Assembly: GCA_964270895.1 (NCBI GenBank)
Contig: OZ185442.1
Source of the DNA: Podarcis filfolensis
Taxonomy: Eukaryota
Reading direction: 5' to 3' (one strand)
DNA: 64,000 nt
Below, in pieces: positions 49,906 through 61,612 of this stretch. The notes under the pieces were generated by a model. It was given only the letters and a program-made list of their open reading frames with translations, was not told the DNA's origin and ran no database searches. The first letter of the stretch is position 1; each line of letters starts with the position of its first letter. A program made the translations under genes and the position numbers.

Positions 49906-50043
49906 TAGAATCAGAGTGTTGGAGGAGACCCCGAAGATCATCTAGCCCAACCCCCCCTGCAATGCAGGAATATGCAGCTGCCCTTTCAGGGATCAAACCT
50001 GCAACCGCAGCATAATTAGCGCCACACTCCCAATTGAGCTATT
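49906..50043 (-). mobile_element. tRNA-head SINE with CR1-type tail
   Basis: Minus strand: tagctcaattgg (A box), ggtttgatccc (B box), attcctgcattgcagggggg, tail ccaacactctgattcta. Confidence 0.75.
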
Positions 50044-50765
50044 CTAAGTGGTTCATTGTTAATGGTGTTTTTTGTTTGTGGCGTTTTATTATTGTGTTAA
50101 CTGCCTTAGACTGCACAAGGAAAGACAGACTATAACATATACTTATATCCCACTGATTGCTCCCTACCATCTATTTACAGCAATAACTACTGTTTTAGAG
50201 ACCTTAGAACTAGCTACTCTTCAAATATCCGCAAATACTGGAAATTCCAACTGAAGTTCCTGTTCACCTTTTACTGGTCTCAAAGCCCTACCAGATCATT
50301 TCATTTAAGCATAGACCGGTCTTTGCCTGCTTGGTACCCTCAGATGTTTGGACTACAACTCCCATCAGCCCCAGCATTAGCACTGACACTCCTTTAGTAG
50401 GAGGAACAGAGTAGACTCATGCAAGCAAGAAGACTGAAGTTGAAAAGTGTCCCCAGCACAGTTTTCACGGCTGTTACACTGAGCATAACTAATTATGCTT
50501 TTGCTTTTAGTAATGTCTTGCTCTGGCTTTCCTTTGCAAAGTCTTGCTATGAAACGAGATTTTTCATACATTTGAGCTAGAGGGAGGAATTTTTTTCCTC
50601 GGTCAGCATTTTCATTGTACAAGTCCACCTGGATTGGCTCCCTCCTACTAAGAACTGCAACATCTGTAACTGCTTTGAGATAAGCCATTTGCTTCATTTT
50701 TTAAAAAAGTGAACAGAACTTTTAAAAAGAGCTCAGTTAGCAGGAATCCCAAAGGACTATGCTAT

Positions 50766-50895
50766 GATAGTTCAGTTGGTAGAGCATGAGACAGGGTTAA
50801 AGCACCATGTTGGGCAAAAGATTCCTGCATTGCAAGCAGCTGGATTACATGAGCCCCATGAGCCCTTCCAAATCTACAATTCTATATTCTATTCT
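50766..50895 (+). mobile_element. tRNA-head SINE with CR1-type tail (internally deleted)
   Basis: gatagttcagttggtagagcatgagac..ttgggcaaaagattcctgcattgca..cccttccaaatctacaattcta; same family as the 47487 copy. Confidence 0.8.
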
Positions 50896-52909
50896 GGTTA
50901 GAATTTCAGGAGATACAACAACATGGATGCCAAGCAGCTCCCTCCCTCCTGCCCCCTAATACTACCCCCTCACCAGTAAGATATACTTCTTGGCTTGACA
51001 TTAGTTACATACATTTACTCTTACTGTGGTTTAAATATGAACCCCATGGGTTCAGCACACAGTAGTTGTCAGTCAGTGGAACTGAAAGCATGCAAGTATA
51101 CTATCTGGACTCCTTCCTTCAATCAACCCAGAGTCTTTGGCCAATGAGCAGCAGTCCTGATCAACATCATAGTGCAGTTCCAAGAGAACCCCAGCACCCT
51201 GAACTACAAAGAATAATCATGCAGGAACCAACAGGCAGCTGAAGTCTATTAAACTCTATTAGCAACCCACAGCATAATTAGAGAGCATGAATTGTGCAGA
51301 AAGAGACATACAAAGCAAACTACTCTAGATGGCCCATCAAGCTAAACCAGCCACAGTGTTACAGGGAAAGAGAGAAAACCCAAAGCCATTAGCATCTACC
51401 GTGATTCTGCTAAAAAGATAGAAGAGCTGGCCAGCACCAGAGCTGCTTTTTCAAAATGATTTAGAAACATTAGCTAGTGGCAGCCTGCATGTTAGCAGGT
51501 ATAGACAGATATTCACATGTAGATCCAGGTGCACATATATAACCTGTTTTGAAATATTAGCACTAGATGTCAATTGGATTTAATCTGATTTTGTCAGAGA
51601 ACATCTTCTCCCATACAAATCCACCAGTACATAAGATATTCTAATGAATTCCACTGCACAAGGCTAACATCCACTAGAAGTAGGACCTCCCCTGTTGCAG
51701 ACCCAATTTTGTGGATCCTCTGCCAAGAAAACACCACACAATATCTTCCCTGCTAACTAACACTTTTGCTTCTACTGGCCTTTGATCATTATATGACTTT
51801 GCTCCTGTGCTGCCTTCATCTTGCTCATAGATTGCATGTTATGAGTTTCACTGTTATCCTAGTTTGTGAACTGCTTTTCAAAATACAAATATTATTTAAC
51901 TGTGTATAAATGTTTAATAAATTTAAGCCAACACAAGGGGGAAGCCTCTTGCTGAGTTCTGCTGAGCACAGTAACCACAAATTTGTCAAGTAAGTAGCAG
52001 CTATGTCTTAACAAGTGCTTGCATATCATGCCTGTCAGCTGCCATCTTACCGGAGAAACTGTCAATATATCTAACTAACTCAGAAATGACCGATCTTGTC
52101 CTGTTCAACACCTCTGCACAGCACACTTTGTACAGAAATCAGTGGATCCATCAATCACTGAAAAGTGCCCAAATAGTCATGACAACCTGCACCGCACACT
52201 CAACAAAAGGTCCGTGCAAGTGCATCCTTCAGCAAAAAAGGAGAGACATTAGTAGTCAATACTTTCACTTTGGAAGATACTTGGATTCTCAACTCATTCA
52301 TTAGCTGGAATTGTGAGGATACATGATCATATCACTTATATTCCTCAAACAAAAACTCTCAAATCCAAACAACCACATATATCATTAAGATTTGCTGTGA
52401 GTTATAAAATCCCTGTACATAGACCAACTCAGTATTGCACTGTTCTGCCTGCTCAACCTTTGCAGGTTTCCTAACTGACTGCATTTTGCATTCCTTCTTC
52501 AAGAGCGTGTGAAATTATTGTGGTCAGAATATCAATGTCATTAGTAAGCCAAAGGCAACGGTAACATTAACATATGACAGGTTTGTTGTTCTGACCACAA
52601 TGGCAGTAATGTTGAAAGTTATGGCAGTAATGTTGAAAGCATCTATGCACTTGTTCAGTTTGCAACATGTATTACTTTTGCATCAGTTTGCAGTAATCCA
52701 TGATGCACTCCCCCCCCCCCCCGGTTGTCATTTATATAATCAAAGTTTGAGGATCATATTGTATACCTCACATCTTAGCCATCAAACAATTGTGCTCTCC
52801 TCCTTACTGTTGGTGGCTGCATGTTTATACATGAGAGCAATCTGTCTACAGTCAAGTATGCTCTCCACTGTGCATCAAAGGTGAAAACATTTTTTCCCCA
52901 TTATTATAT

Positions 52910-52993
52910 GGTAGGTCTGGGAAAACTCCTGGTCTGAAATATTGCTGCTGCCAGTCAGTATGGACAAGACTGAGATCAAGGAGCTTCCTATGT
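52910..52993 (+). mobile_element. 3' fragment of the SINE family seen at 63023
   Basis: gctgccagtcagtatggacaagactgag..gcttcctatgt is shared with the 63023 copy. Confidence 0.55.
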
Positions 52994-53464
52994 GACTTAA
53001 CCTGCACATTTCCCAAAGGTACTCTCATTTGGAAACTTACTTAGATGGACACCAAAGTGCTTCTACAAATACAATACAGATGCTGGCATTTAATTTATTC
53101 TCATTTGCCTTTTTTAAAAAAGATGTCTTTAGAAAGTTTAAGAGCAAAATAATAGTGAAAAGGCCACAATGTCCATTTTGCATCTGGAGGCAACAGCACA
53201 ACACACGACAGCATATTGGGTTAGACATATTAATAGATCAAACAGTTCAAGAATTGCAAGCCAACACTCAAAAGTTTTTGACTGTGCACAGGCACACAAG
53301 GAATCGCCAAAAAAAATAAAAAAAATAAAAAAGCCCACCTAGTTTGTACCCGTTTTCTAGGTCCTGCATTCCACACCCTAATTCTAGCTGCCTTTTGCAC
53401 CTACACTTTGAATTCGTTCTTTATGTATATGGGCAAACAGCATTATTCCACACATCATCATACT

Positions 53465-53730
53465 AGGGTCTATCCAAAGTCACAATGGGGCTTTGACATG
53501 ATTTTCTTACTGCGCCAGCTGCAGGAAAAATGCTGAAAATAGAGATGCCCTTGTATATAGTCTTCATAGACCTGACAAAGGTCTTTGACCTCGTCAGCCA
53601 AAAAGGACTCTTCACACTGCTCAACAAGATAGGATGCCCACCTAAGCTTCAGAAGAAGATTGTGTCCTTCCACAAGAACATGAGCAGCACCATCCAATAT
53701 GACTGCTCACTCTCAGATGCCTTCCCTATA
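53465..53730 (+). mobile_element. RTE-clade (BovB-like) LINE reverse transcriptase fragment
   Basis: DMIF..RQLQEKC*, then MPLYIVFIDLTKVFDLVSQKGLFTLLNKIGCPPKL, typical of RTE RT domains 3-4; contains a stop and a frameshift. Confidence 0.85.
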
Positions 53731-54907
53731 ATAAGGCCTATATTTTGATATTTTTCTTCCAACCAATGCTTACAGCAGATGAGCCCCCAAAACACACATT
53801 TGTCTGTAAATGCATGGGCTTATACCTGTACTATTAGAAATCTGTCATTTGACTGAGCATCACAGTATGGTTCAGATCATTGGTTTGGTTACACAGCTGC
53901 TAAACAGGGCCAGTGGAGGCTTACAGATATGGAGATAATCCAAACTAGCCCAGTAGTTGCCACATTCAAGCTTCTCAGTGAATATTCATTCCTTAATGGA
54001 AGGTTCAGCTGTGTCAATATTGGTTAATTGAAGACACAGATCAGTGAACAATAAATTATAGCTCTGATGATGAGAAGCTAATGCAAAAGGGTAGAACAGT
54101 TTACAGCCTGGTTCCATTTATTCTCCCTAAGGCGCAAGGGCGCCAGGATGCAATGCCACCCTGCAGAGTCACACACATACCCAAATAAATGTATTATGTC
54201 TCTTAACTTTATGAGAGAATCTCTCTTACTCTCTTTGGTGGAACTAAAGTTTAACACACATACAGTACACAAATGCAACATTTCATGCCATCTTTAAGCT
54301 GGACTCCTTGCTCCCCTCATCCTACCTTCCAGAAATAGCTGATACAATTTTCTGCCTCCTGCCTCAGTGCTAACATAGAACTATGAACTGACTCACAGAA
54401 CAAAAGCAGCAGGACCTTTGCTCTCACACATATGAGGATTTCTCCACAAAGGACATTAACACAGCACAGGGCAGAATCAGAACACCCAGCAGTTATCCTA
54501 CATGTAAAATAGGTGAGAATCTCCTCCCCATTCATCTCAGATAGCCTTTTCCTCCCTCTTTACATAATCACTACAAAATGAGTTATTTCCATATCATCTG
54601 GGCACTTTTCAGCCTTGCTTGTTTTTATTAAAATGTTTTCTATAAAACAGTATGTATTTAATTCTGAAAAGATCAGAAACTTGGGGTTTCACAAAAGTTG
54701 ATCCATAGACTTTAGGGACATCAAATAGCAGGGAGATTTTTCTTTAAACTAAAATGGAAACTTGCAAAGTATGCTCAACACCAGATCTGAAATAGGAGAT
54801 ATATATTTACTTGACACAAGACAGGCTAAGCATCTGCCAGCAAAAGCCTACGCACTTAAGATCACCATGTGCCCAAAATTGCTTGCTTCTTTGTTCTGGT
54901 TCAAATA

Positions 54908-55122
54908 CAGTGGCACCTTGGGTTACAGACACTTCAGGTTACAGAACCCAGAAATAGCACCTCAGGTTAAGAACTTTGCTTCAGGATAAGAACAGAAATC
55001 GTGCAGCGGCGTAGCAGCAGCAGGAGGCCCCATTAGATAAAGTGGTACCTCAGGTTAAGAACAGTTTCAGGTTAAGAACGGACCTCCAGAACAAATTAAG
55101 TTCTTAACCCGAGGTACCACTG
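54908..55122. mobile_element. Tc1/mariner-type MITE (same family as 62524, opposite orientation)
   Basis: TA|cagtggcacctt ... gaggtaccactg|TA; internal copy of the TIR (agtggtacctcaggttaagaac). Confidence 0.9.
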
Positions 55123-57897
55123 TAAATGTTTTCGTACCAGATCTAACCTAAGAAAGAGAATAAAGCATTGGGTCAAAGAGAAAACAGAGATCTACAAGAA
55201 ATCCCTCAAGGAAGGCCTAGGCCTCTGCTCCACCTGCAACGTCACAAAACAGAACTAATAGGCAAAACAAACAATTTGAAACTAAGTCCCCCCCTAGCCT
55301 TAACTCTGAAACTGTTGGAGTAGAAGAGTACAGAAGGCAATGGTGAGAAAGGGAGGGAGGAAGAATAGGGGGACGAGAAGGAAGCAGCAGAGAGGGTCAC
55401 GGGGTTGGGTAGAGTCATGGGGCACCATGGAGGACATTAACTCCAATGTGAACCCGATGCCCAAGTGCAGGAGCTGGAGAGGCAGCTGGAGAAGCAGAAC
55501 AAGCAGCTCCACATCCACAGTGCCAGTGGAGCACCAGGCGGCAGCCCTAAAAGGTTTCTTGGCTGACTTTGCTGCCATCCCCTGCCACCACCAGGAGCAA
55601 CTGTCTGCTGCAGGGCTTGCCCAAACAAGGCCAGGCCCAAGCAGCCTCTGTTGAGCGAAAACAACACAACAGGAAGCAGCCTAGTGCCAGCAGACTATTC
55701 AGCAGTAGAGGGAGTCAAGAATACAAGCCTCCTGGATGAAGTGGAGCCACTGGAGGCTGAGGAGCTGGAGCAGCTGGCCAGGTGAGGAGATTCACCTGGC
55801 TCACAGTACCAAAAGGTATGCCTCTTTTGTGCTGTGTAAGCCAGGTGATCTATGGGACACTGCTACCCCACAGATTAGCTGATTTGTGCAGCAGGCCTGC
55901 TGCTCTGCAGACCAACTGATTGCTCATGCCAGCCAGCCAGATGGAGATGTTAGGCACCAAACCTGGCACCCGGACATCTTCATTGCCTCGCAAAAGGCCA
56001 GCAGCCTGTCTTAAAATGCAACTAGCACCTAGCTAATTTTGAACGCTGCTTATACCTTCAACATTCTCATTCTAGTTCTCCTGTGCTGTTGCTAAAACCG
56101 CAAATATCCTACTCACCAACTCCAAGCCACAATGTCAGGCAGGTGACAGCTACCATTTTTTAAACAGATATCCCGTAGCATTTGCACATACAAAAATAGT
56201 GGCAATGTTGGCAGCTTAAGAGTTTTCTTATTAAGCCATGTAAATTCTTCTAAGGAAATCTATAAAAATTTCTAAAGAAATTAATAAAGACACTCTGGGG
56301 ACCCCTGTCATGACAAATCCCACTTTGCCAGAGTTATGATTGGGAAGAACATAGAGATCACTTCCAACCACAACCACCTATCCCAAGAAAGTGAATCAGC
56401 TTCACCACCAACACACTGAAGGCCATGAAGACCAAGGACACAGAATGTTGAGAAACAACCTTTCTTATCCCACTTGTTCTCAGCCTGCATATGAATAATT
56501 TCTAACAGGCACAACTGTTCTAAGAAATCATGTGCACCTAGTAAAAGTTTGGTTAAGGAAGAACACTATTTCTCTGTACAATTCCTGCACAAAGGTGGAA
56601 TCCAAATCCGTTACTTTTACTGCGTTTCCCTGAAGTATCTGTTCAGCTCAGATTCCGTGGAACCTGCAACATACTGAGGGGAAAAACAAGTACAATGAGT
56701 TTTCTAGAAGATTCATTCAGAGCATGAAAGCAAACACAGTTTTAACACAGTTCAAACTAGGTAAGTGAAAAGGAATAGAACTGCCAGAGCATTCAAGTAA
56801 CAGCAGTTAAAACACAAGCATGACTCATCACCACAGCAATCTATTACTCTGTGGTTAGAGAGATGCAGGGGTGGGGATTATCTACCTTAACTAATCAAAC
56901 TGCAGTGCAGGGGCCTAGGGAAGAAGGCCACTCTAAACAGCTTCCCTTCCTCCAAAGGCTTAAGACACATCCTCAGAGTACATCAATCCCTATTTGCTTC
57001 AGTTCATGCTTCTTACTCAAGCTATACAAGTGTGAACATGAGAATCTTGTCCAGACTCTGCTGGAAATAGGTAAACTACCTGCTTACTACATTTTTATTG
57101 GCAACTACCCATTAATGAGCCTTAACTAATGAGTTAAACAGCTATACTAACTGCTTAATGACTGAAACTCTTCTAGTGACACTGCTGCAAATCTCCAGGC
57201 ACCATCTGCTCACTTAAATTTTCATACTGACAGGAAGTTATCATGCCTGTCTTATTGCAAAAGGCACAGGCAAAAGAATATAGGCATTCAAAACATTTTA
57301 CAATGACACAACAGTTAAACATGATATCAATGCAAGAACAGTTAAACACGATATCAATTCAAGAACACCAGGCACACGTGCAAACACTTGCTGGAATCCC
57401 CTATTAAACATATACATACATAAAGTTTTCCATGTAGCTTTTTTTAGACATACCATCTTGGCACAACAGCCAGGCTGGGATCAGCAGCCATTTGGCTCTA
57501 CCTCCCACACTCCTGAACTGTCTCCTACATACCACCTCTCTGCATGAAACTTCATTATGTACCATTACGAAAGCTCTGGTGCTTGAATTTGCTTATTTTC
57601 TTCTTTCTTCCTCATTATTTTTCTTTTTGTATCATATTGGATCATAAGCCATTTTTTAAAACTGTCAACTACTTTGAGTGGTTGGTTTAGCCATCCAACC
57701 CCAAACACTCACCAAGCTACAAAAGCAACAGTGGCAGGAAAATAAACCAAGCTCTGGAAAAGCAAGACATGACTTGTTTGCTCATCTATGAGACAACTCT
57801 TAAACAAACTGTTGTTTAGTGTTATGTAGGAAGGCAGTAACAACAGTCTTTGTTTTTTTGGAATTAGCATAAGTATCCAACTCATTGGTGATTTTCT

Positions 57898-57933
57898 ATC
57901 TGAAGAAGTGTGCATGCACACGAAAGCTCATAC
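57898..57933 (+). ncRNA. Minimal type I hammerhead ribozyme motif, copy A
   Basis: CUGAAGA(A), helix II GUGUG/CACAC with a CAUG loop, GAAA, GC, then UC. Predicted cleavage is after 57929. Helix I has only 3 bp (UAU/AUA). Confidence 0.7.
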
Positions 57934-58024
57934 CAAGAACTAACTTAGTTGGTCTTTAAGGTGCTACTGGAAGGGAAAAATTTTTTTTATTTTGACTATG
58001 GCAGACCAACACGGCTACCTATCT
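57898..58024 (+). mobile_element. Penelope-like element terminal-repeat insertion, copy A
   Basis: Flanked by a perfect 10-bp TSD gtgattttct (57888-57897, 58025-58034). The sequence gaagaagtg..cacgaaagct..ttagttggtctttaaggtgctac..cagaccaacacggctacc matches reptile Penelope-type repeat ends as I recall them. Confidence 0.85.
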
Positions 58025-58340
58025 GTGATTTTCTTTGTTATTCTTACAATGTTAATGCTTTAAAAGTCTTGATCAACACTTAATTGGTTAGTTCACTAAA
58101 GCAGTCACATTCCATTTTGTAATAACAACATATGTAGGTTTACTTTGAAACCCAGAAAAGTTATTGCAATATGCAAGAGGCATAATAGCACATTTTAGCA
58201 CAGAGAAGAGTTGCAGGGGACAGAAGACAAAACTCTGCTAATTTATCATTAATGCAATGTTCTGCTCCTAATCTACCCAAGGACAGCAATCCTGTTGAGC
58301 ACTGATGTTTTGTTACTCCATCCCCTTCTGGGATAAAGGT

Positions 58341-58561
58341 CAAAACAAAAACAAAAAATTCCTTCCAGTAGCACCTTAAAGACCAACTAAGTTAGTTCTT
58401 GGTATGAGCTTTCGTGTGCATGCACACTTCTTCTGAAGAAGTGTGCATGCACACGAAAGCTCATACCAAGAACTAACTTAGTTGGTCTTTAAGGTGCTAC
58501 TGGAAGGAAAAAAATTTTTTTGTTTTGACTATGGCAGACCAACACGGCTACCTATCTGTAA
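58341..58561 (+). mobile_element. Penelope-like element insertion with inverted 5' segment, copy B
   Basis: Perfect 13-bp TSD ctgggataaaggt (58328-58340, 58562-58574). An antisense partial copy (58341-58433) is joined head-to-head to a sense copy (58433-58561). Confidence 0.88.
58433..58466 (+). ncRNA. Hammerhead core motif, copy B (inside the palindrome)
   Basis: Same core as copy A, with predicted cleavage after 58462. The 5' strand of helix I is replaced by the inverted arm. Confidence 0.55.
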
Positions 58562-58974
58562 CTGGGATAAAGGTGGTATTTACAAGTCATCCACTCTACC
58601 CATAACTTCATGGACACAAATGAAATCAAGGGTTTCAGGCTCAGCAGGTTCATTAAATTAAGATCAAATAGTGACCTACAAATTGTTGTCATCAACAACT
58701 TTGTTACTGCAAATTACTTTAAGCTAAACTAACTGAGAATCACTGCAAAATATTCACCTTTTTTCTTGAAGTTACGTGACACTTGCAAATTTTACTAACG
58801 TTCTATTTTCACATTCACCTTTCATCAGTTCATTGTCCATCTGGTAACAAGACTTACACATATATAATATGTCTATTCAGAAGTAAGTCTCATTGAGGAC
58901 TTACTCTGAGGCAGCAGTCCTCACACTTACCTGAATGCAGTGGGACCTAAAAGAAGGACCTGCCTTCTTTTAAG

Positions 58975-59207
58975 GGCAAGTGTATTATAATGGTTAGAGT
59001 GTTGAACTATGACATGGGAGACCAGAGTTCAAATCCCTACTTGGCCATGAATTTCATTGGGTGACCTTGGGCCAGTCACTGTATCTCAGTCTAACCTACC
59101 TCACAAATTTATTGTGTGGATAAGTTGGGGAGGGAAAACTATGTGCACCACGAACTTCTTGGGGGGAAAGGTGGGCTATAAAGTGTAATCAATAAAAAAT
59201 AAAAAAA
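58975..59207 (+). mobile_element. tRNA-derived CORE-type (MIR/Ther1-related) SINE
   Basis: tggttagagtg (A box), gagttcaaatccc (B box), CORE-like gggtgaccttgggccagtcact..tctcagtctaacctacctcaca, A-rich tail. Confidence 0.8.
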
Positions 59208-61362
59208 TGATTTGAGCTTGTTGTTTTATCTTTCTCTTTGGACAATTGTTTCTCAGTATAAATAAATATGTACAACTCCTTTAAGACAAAACATATCAGA
59301 CTCACTGTTCAAGATGCTTTGCAGTCCAGAGGTACATGCCAATAGCATGGGTAATGTTTCTAATGGACTAATAAATTTTCTGGGCACCTTTCTGAAAGGT
59401 TCTGTTACTTATTGGCAGAAGTGGGCAAAAAAAGCACTCTGTTCCACAAGAAGGTACAAGACAGCATCCAAGCAAAAGGCACACTGACCCAGCTCACACT
59501 TAACACTTTTTGGTCCATGTTCTTGGAACAAGCAATGAGCAAGAGCATTCCTTCCCCCATATCCTCCTCTCTCATTCCCAGCTGCAAAACAGTTTTTCTG
59601 GTTTGTTAAAACCAGTCTTCCTGTTGCAATGTAATGGAGAAACTGTGATTTAACAAAACAGTCTCCACTGGAGGTTGTGATAAGGAAGCACTTATTTAAG
59701 TTTGTTGCTCTTTTCCACTCCAGCAGGCTATACTTTGTTGGACCAGGAACATTACACCCAAACCCAGAGAACACTTTTTGATTAAGTGGCTTATCCATTT
59801 TCTAAATAAACTAGGTCAGTATGTGACAAATACTTCAAATTCCAGACAAAGCAGGATCCTGCACACCACAGAACGGTGGCGGCTCTATGAAGATAACAGA
59901 TGTTGTCAAAAACAGTCTACACCCATCACAAATATTACACATATTAGGTTATCTACTGAATTTAAAGCAACTTGACAGCTCTTAACACACACAAATCAGA
60001 TAGCAGCACAAGAAACACTTAGGCTAAAAAACTGAACCCTCTGGGTGACATTCCAATTCAACAGAATTTGATGATGCGAACAGCGTTCGAACCTCCCATT
60101 GTTCTAGGCATGTTTTGCAAAATGGAATTTCATTAGAATGAGCAGTTTTTGAGCTCGGGGTGCAGTACTGCTCCTAAAATTTCAGATTAAAACTGCAGAG
60201 TGGAAGGAAAGGACCTTTTTTCTGCCTCCCCACTTCCAGCCACTCTCTAAAGACTGGAGAAGAGACCCTCTTAAGAATATTAGGGGGGCAGGCAGGGGAA
60301 GCATGGCTTTGTTTTTTGCAGTCTTCAAATGAGGATGAGACCATGTGAAAAATGAATACAAGATTTTAGCTGCAGTTCATTCATTTTCAGCTTTGTACTG
60401 TTATTAAAAAAGTATGCCTAGACATTCCATTCTGCCATACCACTACACTGCCAACTCAAGTTTGCTTACATTAATTTCTCACTGCTACACTACCTATTGG
60501 ATTTTTAACTGATGATACAAGACAAGAAAGTGAGAAAGGAATGTAACATTTTAAATGTTTTTATGCCATAGAAAAAGGGTTCCTAGTTCCCACCCCTTAA
60601 ATTAAGGGTATGAAATTAAAATGATTACAGCACAACCCAGTTGGAAGTCCCAGTTAGTTCAATGGGCCTTAGACATAGTCATGTGTATACAGTATAGGAT
60701 TGCTGAACAAATGATAAAACAAATTTGTACAATGTAGCACAGAGTGGGAACAATATAAATTGCAAAAATATGTTACTGAATTGAAGCTACAATGTTTTAC
60801 AAACTATGCACACCAATCTGGAGTAAGCATTACTGAATTCAGTAGAATATACAGGTAAATCAGAAAATTGTAAATTTAAAAGGAAGGCAATTACTCAGAT
60901 GTAGGAATCTGAAATCCCCAGTGTGATCATGTGGATGTAGTAACTCCATGTGTCTAACAAAACTTTTCAAGTACATTTTAGTAACCCATGCAACCATTCT
61001 TTAAGGAAGGTGAGTATATCTCTATATTGCAGGTGGCTGCTGGTGAGTGTGTGGACATCCCTATAATATAATCAACAAATCACAGTATTAATTTAGCAAC
61101 AAAATTGTCTATTTAGCTAAATTATGTACCCATTATCAGTACATAACATATTGTGACATACACGAGCAAGCACTTTGACTCTGCACACCCCTCCAATGAA
61201 GGCTGCAGCACCCTCTAGGAGTTTTGACTGTGGAGAACTAGTGTTATGTCTGTGGCTTACAAAACTTTACTTCTCTGATACTGCTACATCTTAATGCACA
61301 TTCATACAGAGAACTAAAGGGCACACTTGTACAATACTCGACAAGTGTCAGCTACAATTAGT

Positions 61363-61612
61363 TAGGCATAATGACTAAGAGACTGAGCTATCAGTAATCA
61401 AGTATCCCTAGTTCAATTCTCTCCTCTGGAATAACCTCACTAGGTGGCCTTAAACAAGCCAGTCTCCCAGCCTTAGTCACCTACTTCACCCCCACCACCA
61501 ATCTGCTTTAAAGAGGATAATAATACTGTAATATTACAAGGTTGTTGTAAGGATTACAAGTTAATAAATGTGAAGTGCTTTAAATACCTGAAAGCTCTAC
61601 AAACATTGTAAG
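61363..61612 (+). mobile_element. Old MIR/Ther1-like CORE SINE
   Basis: ggcataatgactaagag, agttcaattc, ggccttaaacaagc, ataataatac..aaggttgttgtaaggatta, tgtgaagtgcttt. Confidence 0.65.
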
